NCBI GenBank assembly: GCA_000004985.1 | Contig: GG738861.1 | DNA: 64,000 nt | Strand: one strand, 5' to 3' | Origin: Naegleria gruberi | Lineage: Eukaryota | Shown: positions 12,773 through 23,990 of the stretch, one piece after another | Position numbering within the stretch: the stretch's first letter is position 1 | Layout of the letters: every line of letters begins with the position of its first letter | Notes under the pieces: model-generated | The model's database searches: none | The model's input: the letters and a program-made list of their open reading frames with translations, nothing else | Told to the model about the DNA's origin: nothing | Translations under genes and position numbers: made by a program

Positions 12773-14797
12773 ATGCCTTCTAATATTAATAATCGTGGTC
12801 ATAGTGAAGATGATAGTGATGAGAGGTTGATAAATTCAAGCCTTTCATTGGCTAAACCATCTAATAGAGCAGGTATTCAAACTGATGAGGATTTTGATGT
12901 TACAAGTCTTCATGAAACACAGGAAGCCATCAAAAAGAAATTGTTATTAGCAAAAATGGACTCACAGTATATGGACGACGATGATGATGTTGATAGTGAA
13001 GTAAAGTTTGAAAAGTTATCAACCAAGGGAAGAAGAAACCCAACAAAACTTGCAGAAATGAATTCCGCCTCAAATATGAGTCAAACTTCGTCATTCCAAA
13101 GAGGTGAAAAAAGAAGAGGTATTAGTAGAAGATTTGCCTCAACAATGAACTCTCGTAAAGGTCTAGATACTGGTAGTCAAATGGATACATCAAGCAATTA
13201 TAGTGATGATAACTCTGATACCCAAAGTCAACTTACCTCCGACAGTGGTGCCGATAGATCAACCTTAGATGATGAAGTTGCCTTCACTCATCAAGACGAC
13301 TTTGTACAGTTAAATAATTTGATCTCACAATTTAATATGTGTGGATTCCCAGTTTTAATCTTTGATAATTATGCAACAATAGAATATTTGAATCGAGAAG
13401 CAGAAGACCTCTTTGGTGTATTCTCCTTCTCTGTTTTGGGAGAACACGTAAGTGAGCTGTTCCTTGAAGATTCAGTTTGTGAAGTACAACAAGTCATTGA
13501 AGATTTTACAGGAAAACCAATCTTCAACAATTCTGATGGTGCATCTGTTACATCAATCAGTAAGGAAGTTGGAGCTGAAGAATTAAAAAAGAGAAAGGAT
13601 ACACTAATGAAAATCAGAATATTGAAAGGAAAAGCAACAATACTTAAAACATTTTTCTCTGTTAAAACAAGATTCATTACGATTCAAAAATTGGGAGTTG
13701 AACATTTTGTAGCATATATGGAAGTGATACAAGACAGTATTGAAGAAAAGAAAGAAATGGCTTTGAGAAAGGTTTACGAAGCCATCACAGATTTGTCAGT
13801 CATTCCAATTATTTCAATTTCTCAACAAGGTATTATTCAAACATTCAATACTGCATGCACTGCAACATTTGGATACTTGAAGAAAGATGTTCTAGGTAAA
13901 AATGTGAAAATGTTATGCAATGAAAAGGATAGACAAAAACATGATTACTATCTTCAAAGATATTTGAAAACAGGAGAGAAGAGAGTAGTAGATAAGACAA
14001 GATTTTTGAAAGCTAAAACAAAGAAGGCTAAATCAATCAAGATTGAATTAAGAGTTTCCGAAATTATTGATGTAGGAAGTAGTTCTTCATCATTTGTTGG
14101 TTTTATCAGAGATGTGAAGAACATGGTAACTAAGGAAGAACAATTGACAAGACTTGCAGACAAGATTTTCCCTAAGAATGTTGCTCAACGTATCAGTATG
14201 GGTCAACAAGTTATTGATATTTTCGAAATGTGTAGTGTGTTGTTCTGTGACATTGTGGGTTTCACAAAGATGTCGAATGGTAAAAGACCAGAAGAAGTTG
14301 TCTCAATTCTCCATGAAATTTTTGGTAGCTTTGATGATGTCTGTACAGCTTTCCAATTAGAAAAGATCAAGACAATTGGTGATTGTTACTTTTTAGCTAG
14401 TGGTGTTCCAAAATTCGTTCCTGAACATGCTGATAATATTGTAAAGGGAGGTTTAGCCATGATTCGTGTGATTCAACAATTTTGTAAAAAAGAAACCACT
14501 GTAGACCTAAAAGTAAGAATTGGTATTCACAGTAGTTGTGATATTATTGCTGGTGTTGTCGGTAAGACTAAACAAACCTATGACTTGTTCGGTAAAGGCA
14601 TAGAGGTTGCAGAAATTGTCGAATCAACAGGTAAAACCAATCAAGTGCAAATTAGTAACTCTACCTATCAATTACTGCAATCGGAGAAGCTTAAGAGTTT
14701 GTTTAGTGTTCATTATGAAGAAAAGGAAGAATTGCTTCTTGAAAAGGTTGGCAAAGTTGTTATTCCAGAAAGAACGTGGATTACCGATTTGCAATAA
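12773..14797 (+). CDS. PAS-PAS-class III nucleotidyl cyclase homology domain protein
   Basis: C-terminus carries FCDIVGFT ... KIKTIGDCYFLASG ... IGIHSSCDIIAGVVG ... YDLFGKGIEVAEIVES (cyclase homology domain). Two PAS-like segments lie upstream. Acidic S/D-rich N-terminus. The first true ATG is at 12773 (the track ORF starts at TTG). Confidence 0.7.
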   Translation: MPSNINNRGHSEDDSDERLINSSLSLAKPSNRAGIQTDEDFDVTSLHETQEAIKKKLLLAKMDSQYMDDDDDVDSEVKFEKLSTKGRRNPTKLAEMNSASNMSQTSSFQRGEKRRGISRRFASTMNSRKGLDTGSQMDTSSNYSDDNSDTQSQLTSDSGADRSTLDDEVAFTHQDDFVQLNNLISQFNMCGFPVLIFDNYATIEYLNREAEDLFGVFSFSVLGEHVSELFLEDSVCEVQQVIEDFTGKPIFNNSDGASVTSISKEVGAEELKKRKDTLMKIRILKGKATILKTFFSVKTRFITIQKLGVEHFVAYMEVIQDSIEEKKEMALRKVYEAITDLSVIPIISISQQGIIQTFNTACTATFGYLKKDVLGKNVKMLCNEKDRQKHDYYLQRYLKTGEKRVVDKTRFLKAKTKKAKSIKIELRVSEIIDVGSSSSSFVGFIRDVKNMVTKEEQLTRLADKIFPKNVAQRISMGQQVIDIFEMCSVLFCDIVGFTKMSNGKRPEEVVSILHEIFGSFDDVCTAFQLEKIKTIGDCYFLASGVPKFVPEHADNIVKGGLAMIRVIQQFCKKETTVDLKVRIGIHSSCDIIAGVVGKTKQTYDLFGKGIEVAEIVESTGKTNQVQISNSTYQLLQSEKLKSLFSVHYEEKEELLLEKVGKVVIPERTWITDLQ

Positions 14798-14921
14798 ATT
14801 TAATTTCATCATCTAGATATTATTGAATTTGAACTATTTGAAAGATTTTTCCGAATATCATCACAATAAATTTTTTAATTTAAATATTATTATTTTCGGT
14901 TTAACTTAGCACCAAAACGAT

Positions 14922-15218
14922 TTATTGTTGAGCAACTTGTTCAGTCTTTTCCTTTTCTTGGAATTGTCTGACGTAGATCTTTCTGGCATTGAATTCAGAT
15001 TCGTTGAACATGGTGATAGCCTTAGCAGCAGCTTCAGCAGTATCGAATTCAACAAAACCAATACCCTTGGATCTCTTAGTTTGAGCATCAGTGAAGATTC
15101 TAGCGTAGGTAACGTTACCAGCAGCAGAGAAGTGTTCCTTCAAAGCAGACCAGTTGGTTCTGTATGGCAAGTTAGAAACAAAAACCTTGGTGTCAGATGG
15201 TGCTTGGGTGGTGGACAT
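14922..15218 (-). CDS. Small single-RRM RNA-binding protein
   Basis: MSTTQAPSDTKVFVSNLPY...KGIGFVEF is an RNP-2/RNP-1 pattern. Codon usage is biased to C/T-ending preferred codons. A-rich start context. Confidence 0.7.
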   Translation of the reverse strand: MSTTQAPSDTKVFVSNLPYRTNWSALKEHFSAAGNVTYARIFTDAQTKRSKGIGFVEFDTAEAAAKAITMFNESEFNARKIYVRQFQEKEKTEQVAQQ

Positions 15219-16686
15219 TATGTTTGATGTATTTTTTTTCAACAAAAAGAGATTCAAAATATTCTTTTACACTCGCGAGTCAACGCAAGCAAACTTGCCG
15301 TGTTTGACTCAGAGCTTAACGGTGTCGTGTTCAACTCTCTCGTTTGATTGGTTGGAGATTAAACAGGGCGTTTGTTACTCATCTGATGGTGTACAAGCTC
15401 TCTTTGAAGAACAACGGTTGCTATTACAGCAACATTGTTTATTTGGATATCTACACAGCATGGGAGAGAGAGGTGAGCGAATAGAATATTAAAATAATGT
15501 GCATCACTGATATTGAATCATGAAATTGAATTTTAAAATTGATAATCAATTATTAAATGTATTTTAAATTTTCCAAGTGGTTCATCATGTCCAATAATTT
15601 TATACATTTCGACAATTTTAAAGGAAATTATCCAAAAGAACCTTAAGCTAAAGAAGATATCAATAACAAATAATTAAAAATCAAATAGATACTCTCGATT
15701 GAATATTTGAAAAATTCAGTAGATAGTAATGGCGGTTTTGATTAGATAAGACAATTTCCATCATTATTTGCCCATCCCGAAAGAGTACAAATTCAATCTT
15801 ATCCTCTCCATTCGGGACGCACCAGTCGATCAAATAGGCGCAATTATTGTCTTTGTCCACTCTCTTCTATCAATACAACTTCTTTGGAAGAAAACAAGTG
15901 AAAAAAAACAATCTATTTGCAATGTCTTATCTGAGAAGGAATATTAACAAGTCTCTTATTCCGATATTGATTGCCGGAAGCTATTATGCTAATTCATTAA
16001 GAACTCAATCAACATCTTCTTTTAATAAGAAGGAATTGGAATCAATTTCTTCCAACAATACTCAATCAACAAACAATATACAATCATCATCCTTCGCACC
16101 AACAATTCGGCCTTCTAATATACAATCCCTATCAGTGGAAAATCTACGTGAATCCATTCATAATGTTCTCACAACCATTCTTCATACCTTCATGAAGGTG
16201 CATTAAATTTTAGTCTCGCGCATCACACACTTGTAAATAAACACTTCAGAATGTAAATAAACACACACAGAATATTATACCCAACAACAATAATATTGCA
16301 TCAGATAAATATTAGTATTGAATGAGTCAAGCCACAGGATTGATTACAATTTCTATTGAAACTTCATCCTTGCCTTTTCCGAGGACCATCAAGGAGTGCT
16401 TAAATTTCGATTGACCTTCAAGTCCTTATCCATTTCCCTCCCAACAATACATCAACAACCATCACAAGTTACTTCCCTGAAGTTGCAAATGATCCATAAA
16501 TTACAAAGAGGAGGATCTTCCATCATGCATCACAACTTAAAAATCTCAACAAAAAAAAAAACTCTAGATATCAAAAGCCTTTTGTGCAAAAATCATTTAA
16601 AATTTTTAAACAAGTTCAAAAGAATCAATTTTTAAACGTTACCCAGACAAAAATACAAAGAAGAAATTACACAACTGCCGATCAAA

Positions 16687-19363
16687 ATGAGTGACACCAT
16701 CAATAATGATACTTCAATTACTGTTGAATCTGACTCTCTCCATCACCAGGATCAGGATGTAAAGAATGATCAGCAAACCAATGCAATTTCGTCATCGGTT
16801 AGTACAACTGATGAAACCTTGGTACAAATGGCAGAATCATCACTTTCGTCAAGTGTGAGTGGTGACGTGTCTCACTTGGATGTTACTCTTGATTTTGTTC
16901 CTCATCAGGCAACTTCAATCAATGAAGTTATTCCAGAATCTGTAATTAATGTTGAAAGTCAATCTAGTGATGATAATCAAGTTAAAGAATATTTTGTAAA
17001 GAAAGAACCAACTGTATTTATTAATGAAAGAGATGTTTTAAAAGAATATAACATTCCTCACAAGCCATACAGCTATCAGTCATTGGTCACAAGAAACATC
17101 AAACAAATTGTGCCTAATCAAACTGTCGTTGTTGGAAATGCAAACGAAACTGGAGAAGGAATTGAACCTTCACCAATTAGAAGAAGAGCCGATTTTAAAG
17201 ATGGACTCGTTTCTGGTTGTACATTTAATGACAAGACTCCAACAACTTGTTATGAATCTTTTAAATTTGCTGCTGAGAAATTCCCAAATCGTCCTTGCTT
17301 GGGTAGAATTGATACAATTGCAAGCAGTTCCACTCCAAATGCACCTCCACAATTGGGTGTTAAATTTGAAACTTATTCACAAGTTCAAGAAAAGGTTCTC
17401 AATGTTGGTTCTGCACTTGTAAATACTGGTCTTAAACCACATTATCACGTTGCAATTTATTCAAAGAATAGACCTGAATGGCAAGTTGTTTCTGAAGCTT
17501 GTCATACTCAATCACTTGTTACAATTGCCTTGTATGATACATTGGGAGAAGAATCATCTGTATATATTATGAATCATGGTGAAGTTGTCACTTTATTTGT
17601 TAGTGGTGATGATGTATTTTCAAAGAATGTTATGAAATGGGTTAATCAATGTGAATATTTGAAACATGTTGTCTTGTTTGATAATTTAGAAAATGCTAAA
17701 TATGCAGAACAAGTTCAAACATGGAAGGAAGAATTCAAAAACAAGACCAAAGACTCTGTCAAATTATATACATTCAGTGAATTCTCTGCATTAGGTGCTG
17801 GTGATAAGAGAGTTAATCCAACTCCACCAAGAGCTATTGATATTTCATCTATTATGTATACTAGGTAAGTTCATTATTAACAATATTCAAAGATTAATAT
17901 TTCAATAGTGGTACAACTGGTATGCCAAAAGGAGTAATTTTGACTCACTTGAATATTGTTTCGACAATTTCAGGTGTAATTGGTAATTTGATTCACATTT
18001 CAGAGCAAGATAGAGTTATTTCATATTTACCACTTGCTCACATCTTGGAAAGAGTTGCTGAAATGGCTTTCATTCAAGTTGGTGGTAGTATTGGGTAAGT
18101 TTCAGTTCTTTCAATGTTAATTTACAAAAAATAACAAAGTTATTGGAGAGGTGATGTTAGAAAACTTAAGGATGATATTGCAATTGTTCAACCAACTTTG
18201 TTCCCTGCAGTTCCAAGAGTTTTGGATCGTCTCTATGATGGTATCAGAGATCAAATCAAACAAAAGAAAAAGTTTGCCCAAATGATTTTCCAAAAAGCTT
18301 ACAATTCCAAGCTGAAGGCCATTGAAACTAATGGTATTGAAGTTAAGAACCCAATTCTTGATATGTTGGTTTTCAACAAATTGAAAGCTGCTGTTGGTGG
18401 TAAATTGAAGGGTATCTTATCCGGAGGTGCACCTTTAAGAAAAGAAGTACAGCAATTCATTTCAGTTGCTTTCGGATGCCCAGTTGTTCAAGGTTATGGT
18501 TTAACTGAAACGTAAGTATTATTGAAATTGTGTAACAATTATTGAAACTTTTCATAGATGTGCCGGTTCTACAATTCAATTGCCATATGACTTCTCAACT
18601 GGTCATGGTGGCTGCTTATTGCCTTGCTTGGAAGTCAAATTGGTTGACGTTCCAGACATGAATTATTCCAATAAGTCCAATAACAGTGGTGAAGTTTGTA
18701 TCAGAGGTCCAAATATTTCACTTGGCTATTATAAGGAAGAAGAAAAGACTCGTGAAGTTTATGATACAGATGGTTGGTTCCATACTGGTGATATTGGAAG
18801 GTTAGTATTTAATTTAGTATTATAACTGATTCATTATTTTCAATAGATGGTTACCATCTGGTCAATTAGCAATTGTTGATAGAAAGAAGAACATGTTTAA
18901 ATTGGCTCAAGGTGAATATGTTGCTGCTGAAAATGTTGAAGGTAAATTGAGTGAAGCCAATTATGTTTCTCGTTTGTGGGTTTATGGTGATAGTTACAAG
19001 ACATTCCTTGTCGGTTTTGTTGCTGTTAATGGATTGAAATTATTGGATTGGGCTTTACAAAATCAAAAGTTAGCAAACGTCACTGCCATTTCTCAACTTT
19101 CAGAATCTCAACAATTGGAACATTTGGAAAAATTATGTGCTGATGAATCAGTAAATAAGATGATTCTCAAAGAATTGGAAAGAGTTGGAAAGGAAAAGAA
19201 ATTATTAGGGTTTGAAATGGTTAAGGCCATCAAATTGCTTCCAAGAGATTTTGAATTCTATCCTGGATGTACAACACCAAAATTGAGTCTTGTTAGAAAC
19301 AAGCTTAGAGATTTGTTCCAAAAGGACATTGACGAAATGTATGAAAAGACTGATGTTAAATAA
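16687..19363 (+). CDS. Long-chain fatty acyl-CoA synthetase (AMP-binding); exons 16687..17864, 17909..18094, 18140..18511, 18558..18800, 18847..19363
   Basis: IMYTS|[13 protein letters not shown] is the AMP-binding motif split by intron 1. It also has [22 protein letters not shown] and [15 protein letters not shown]. Four GTAAGT/GTTAGT..AG introns with consistent phases. Confidence 0.8.
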
Positions 19364-19377
19364 ATTATTTATTCTTA

Positions 19378-21049
19378 TTAAGTGAAAACTATGGCATGTG
19401 CCATCTTTGTTAATAGTTCTACTCCTGCATTTGTGAGATTATTATTCATAATGCTTAGTCTAGTCAACTGTTTCATATTACTGATGTGTTTTGCTCCTTC
19501 GTAACCAATATTACACTTGTAGGCAATTAGAGTAGTCAACTGCGTCATACCACTTACATATTGGGCGCCTTCATCTCCAATATTATTGCAACTAATATTG
19601 AGGTCGCTCAACTCTGGAATTTGGCAAATTAATTTCACTCCCTCACTTGTAATACCAGTGTTTAACAGGTCAAGTTGTTTCAAATTCTTCATGGATGAAA
19701 TAATAGATGCACCTTCGTCCTCAATTTGGTTTTCATTAAGTGAAAGATTAGTTAATTGCTTCATGCATGACAAAATTTTGGCCCCTTCTGCTGTGAGTTG
19801 AATATCGCAAATAGATAGGTCTGTTAGGTGGCACAATTCAGTGATGTATCTTATTCCTTGATCTCCAAGTCTATTATACATAACTTCAAGTGTTGTTAAT
19901 TTGTTTAATTGAGCAATAGCTGTCAAATTGGTAATCCTATTAGCGCTGATTTTTAGAGTGGTCAGGTTCTCAAGGTTAGATAACGAATCGACACCTTCGT
20001 CACCTATGCTATTAGAATTCAAATTAAGTTCAGTCAATTGGTTTAATTGTCCTATGTAACTGGTTCCTTCCCATCCTAAAGAATTATTAATAAGTACCAG
20101 GGAAGTTAATTGCTTCATTTCTCCTATTGTCTTTGCTCCTATTGGGTCAATTCCACATCTATAGGCATGAATGGATTTGATTTGCTTTAGTTCACTAAAA
20201 TATTGAACTCCTTCGCTTCCAATTGAGTTTCCATCAATATCAAGAAATTTCAAATTGGATAATTTTGAAATGAACTTGCAACCTTGTTCATTCAATGAAG
20301 AATCTTTGCAAGAAAGATGAGTTAATTTTGTAAGTTTGGTTATTGAATTAATTCCTTCATAACTAAGTTTTTCGCTATCCACCTTAAGTGACGTTAATTC
20401 TGACAATTGACTTATGGATTCCATTCCATCATTAGTTAATCCTGTTCCAGAAATGCTTAAACTAGTTAATTTTTTCATATTTCCAATACATTTAGCTCCT
20501 TCATCTCCAATCTTATTCCAATTAACATTTAATTCGGTCAATTGATCCAATTCACTTATTCCATTAATAGTATTTTTATCAAGTCTGCAGCAAGCAACCT
20601 CAAGACTAGTCAATTGTCTCATTCCATAAATAATTTTCAAAGACTCTTCTGAAATCCAATTCCAACCAGTGTACAGTCTTTTTAAATTTTGCATTTTCAT
20701 CAAAACTTTAAATAATTTCACATCAACAAGCTCTGTATCACTTTTGTTAAATTCAATACTTTCAATATTTTGTAAAAATTCACTTCTTGTTAAATATTTA
20801 ATATTTTCGGTTGTAATTTCTTTAGAAAATTTGAAGGAAAGTTTCGAATGTGATTTAATGACTTTTAAAAATTGATATGAAATTAAACTACAAGTTGTGA
20901 TGATAAACGAAGGCTCCAAATAATTAACAATTTCCAAACAAATTTCATTAGGAAATAAATTGTTTCGATTAATTCTACTTTCCACTATTTTCGAATATTC
21001 AACAAGGTCATAACAAATGAAACTACTTACTCTTTCCGAAATCAAGCAT
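19378..21049 (-). CDS. F-box-like / leucine-rich-repeat (RNI-type) protein; probable 46-nt 5' intron (20985..21030)
   Basis: N-terminal LFPNEICLEIVNYLEPSFIITTCSLISYQFL is F-box-like, followed by about 16 RNI-type LRRs (LTSLxIxxNxIGDEGA). The body ORF has no ATG, but an upstream ATG (MLDFGKS) joins in frame through GTAAGT..AG. Confidence 0.55.
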
Positions 21050-21893
21050 CTTGTTGTTATTAGAAAAGAAGGAGGTGATCAAACCTTTGATTTTTTGCAT
21101 TTTTTTGATTTTAAAATTCCTGTTCAAACCTAAACAAACTAACCACACACTAAATATTGATCTCAGATCATCTGAGTCAATTTTCCATTCGTAAGCATCC
21201 AATAAAGAAGCATCTTCAATCACAACATCTTCAAAATGGAAATCGTTTCTTTCCCCTCTGTAATCATTATCCAAAGAAGAGCATGTATGGAATTTCAGAA
21301 TATGAATTCCATCTCATTGAAAACTGTAGGTATTTTACATACTATGCAAACATTTTAAGGTGAATGGATCTACAAATGCCACTTTGTTTCTGAGAAAGAA
21401 CGAAACAACTAGATTTTGCACTAACTGTGAGTCTTCCTTCAGAAATCCAATTTCATGCTTCTCAAGGTCATTGCATTCAACTGGCATGGATAAGGTATGG
21501 TTTTCGGATTAATAAAAAGACTACAGCACCACAGGTTCCCAAGTTGTCTCCAACCTCAGTACTGATGTGGCTCGACGATGCTTAACTTCTCAAATCGGAC
21601 GGGATGAGGTGCATTCATCGTGATATGGCCGTAGCCATCAATCGTCTTAAACTGTGTCTTTTCAATTAAACATCACTTCAATAAGGTCAAGTGTTCACAA
21701 GCAGCGAGTCTTGTTAAGACACATTAAGTAAATATTGCCAATTAATGAGTTAAAGAATTTTGGATAGGATTTCTTTAAAAACCACTGAAATTTCCAATTA
21801 ATTAAAGTCCGTTCCATTCTCCAAAAATGTCTCAAAAGAACATTTCAGTTGAATCCATATGAATCCATCCACAAGAAGACGCAACACAAAAAA

Positions 21894-23110
21894 ATGGAAT
21901 CATCACTTCTTCATCTATTATTGATGATATCCATAACCATTACAATTTTGCATAGTGCTCATAGTAAAGGTTTGTAATTTTAAAAATCATCATCATGCCT
22001 TAAACTACCTTACCTTCCCATTATAGTTATGGCCTTACCTACATGTTTTGGTAAATTAAGCTCCGATACAGCTAATGTTTGCAGTGGAAGAGGTACATGC
22101 ACTGGGCCAGATATATGTCGATGTGATGAGCCATCATTATTCGGAGGTTCAGAGTGTGAAATTGCATTATGTGGAGGATTACTACCAACAGATCCAAATG
22201 TTTGTAGTGGAAGAGGTGTATGTAGTGTTGTGTCAGGTTCTTTTGCAACATGTTCATGTGTTGATGATTCCAATTTCTCCCCATCAAATTCATATGTTGG
22301 AATGTTTTGTGAAATTCCAACATGTCTTGATTATGATCTTGTGGATTACTTTCATGATAAGTCAAATATTTGTAGTCTGAGAGGAAAATGTGTTGGTTTG
22401 AATACTTGCAATTGTGATAGAAATTCAACATTGCCTTTGGAGGATTTTCGTGTGAAAAGTCTGGATTTTCCTGTTTTGGAACACATGCAGAAAATTCACA
22501 ATCTTGTTCAGGAAATGGAATTTGTATTGATGCAGATGTATGTCAATGTGATAAGAATCATGTTGGATTTGACTGTTCCATACCAAAATGTTTCAATATT
22601 TCTGCAACAGATTCGAATGTTTGCACTTCAAAGGGAAAGTGTACGAATGTTGATACATGTCAATGTAATAGTGGATATGTTGGAAATTCATGTGAATATT
22701 ATCAATTATCTTCATCAGAAACAACCAACGTAACAATTTTGGTTAAGAGGTTGAATTTTACTTGTTTTGGAATTGAAAAGACAAGCGCTCTAGTTTGTTC
22801 TGGAAAAGGAAGCTGTGAACATTCAAATGTTTGGACATGTTTAGACGGATATTTTGGAGAAAACTGTGAACAGACATCTTGTTTTGGAATTCCAGCAAAT
22901 AATTCTCAAACTTGCAATTCAAGAGGAATTTGTAAAGATTACAATCAATGTGAATGTTTAATTATTTCAAATAATACTCTATTGAATGGTAGTGATTGTT
23001 CACAATTGTATTGTCAGGGATCTGATAATCAATTTCATCTTTCCTCAACTCCAGAATCTTGTTCTGGAAATGGAAAATGTACCATGAATGGATGTAAATG
23101 TCATGGTTGA
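21894..23110 (+). CDS. Secreted protein with Dictyostelium-type EGF-like Cys repeats; intron 21970..22026; -1 frameshift in T-run at ~22436
   Basis: Signal peptide MESSLLHLLLMISITITILHSAHS. Repeats of C..G.C.....C.C....G..CE (for example NVCSGRGTCTGPDICRCDEPSLFGGSECE). The repeat pattern is restored if cctttgg (22434-22440) is read as ccttttgg. Confidence 0.55.
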
Positions 23111-23254
23111 CTATGAAATTGGAACAGATAACAAATTAATTGATATTTCTAAAGAGTTTGAATGGGTTTATGAAAGTATTGAAATCTTTCCTCAATTGGT
23201 TGCTGTAGTAGACAATATCTTGCTCAGTGACTCAATATTTTTAAGGAATTTGAA

Positions 23255-23318
23255 TACCGTGTAGTCCAATGGCTAGGATACCTGGCTTTCACCCACGGGT
23301 TCAATTCCCGCATGGGAG
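23255..23318 (+). tRNA. tRNA-Glu(UUC)-like element, ~8-9 nt too short (pseudo-tRNA?), followed by a TTTT terminator at 23322-23325
   Basis: TACCGTG TA GTCC AATGGCTA GGAT A CCTGG CTTTCAC CCACG GGTTCAATTCCCG CATGGGA G. Acceptor pairs 6/7. D-arm and anticodon arm fold, with a TTC anticodon in a CTTTCAC loop. The T-loop TTCAATT is present, but the variable loop and T-stem are truncated. Confidence 0.3.
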
Positions 23319-23990
23319 GATCTTTTCGACTTTAATACTTGTTGATACACCACCTCCGTTGGTTTCAGAAAGGAGCTCCAATGCAGGCACAATGCTAATT
23401 TTGCAACATTTATTCAAAGTGGGATGCTCAAGCTTCTTAAAAAATAAATATTTCTACTCAGAAATGGTGTCTTGTTTTTGAGATAGAAGAGTTTACAATT
23501 AGTTTACAATAAGTTTACAACCATAGAATATTTCTTTAGACATTATGAAAAATAACAGAATTTTATCAATAGTTTAAATTTCACTATTTCATAAAAGTTA
23601 AACATTTTTCAGTCATTAAATTTTCATCAATTTCACTCACAGAGCAATGAATCGTTGCACTCAATCCATTCAATTTTTCCTTAACAGTTTTGACTGTTGA
23701 GGTTGACTGTTCTGGTTCCTTCTCTGATGCCACTGTTTTCGTTGAGTTTCGAAATGCCAACTCGAGTGTTTTTTGGAGGGAGATTGGTGGTCAATTCATC
23801 CAATGAGGAGAGTTTAGTTAATTCTTGATCGATTTGAATGGATGCATTTTCAAGACTAGGAGCGTTTTATCCTTGTTGGCTCCCTTTCCCATTCTCATTT
23901 CTTCATAAGATTTGCTAATTTCGGCGCAAGCAGATGATAACATAAGGAAAGTCATTTCGGATTTATTGCTCTTCTATTTCAGATCAAATA

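Noticed and set aside
15847-16635. ORFs 15847..16206 and 16396..16635 as genes
   Set aside because: Low-complexity, with no start context or domain. The region is better explained as the promoter/5' region of the acyl-CoA synthetase gene.
17108-17422. 104-aa alternate-frame ORF inside acyl-CoA synthetase exon 1
   Set aside because: Overlaps a well-supported coding frame, with no independent signal.
21023-21274. 83-aa minus ORF upstream of the LRR gene as an independent gene
   Set aside because: More parsimoniously, its last 8 codons (MLDFGKS) form the first mini-exon of the F-box/LRR gene, joined by a 46-nt intron. The remainder has no features.
22072-22431. 119-aa minus-strand ORF and 101-aa plus ORF overlapping the EGF-like gene
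   Set aside because: Alternate-frame or antisense readings of the Cys-repeat coding region. The real anomaly there is the T-run frameshift.
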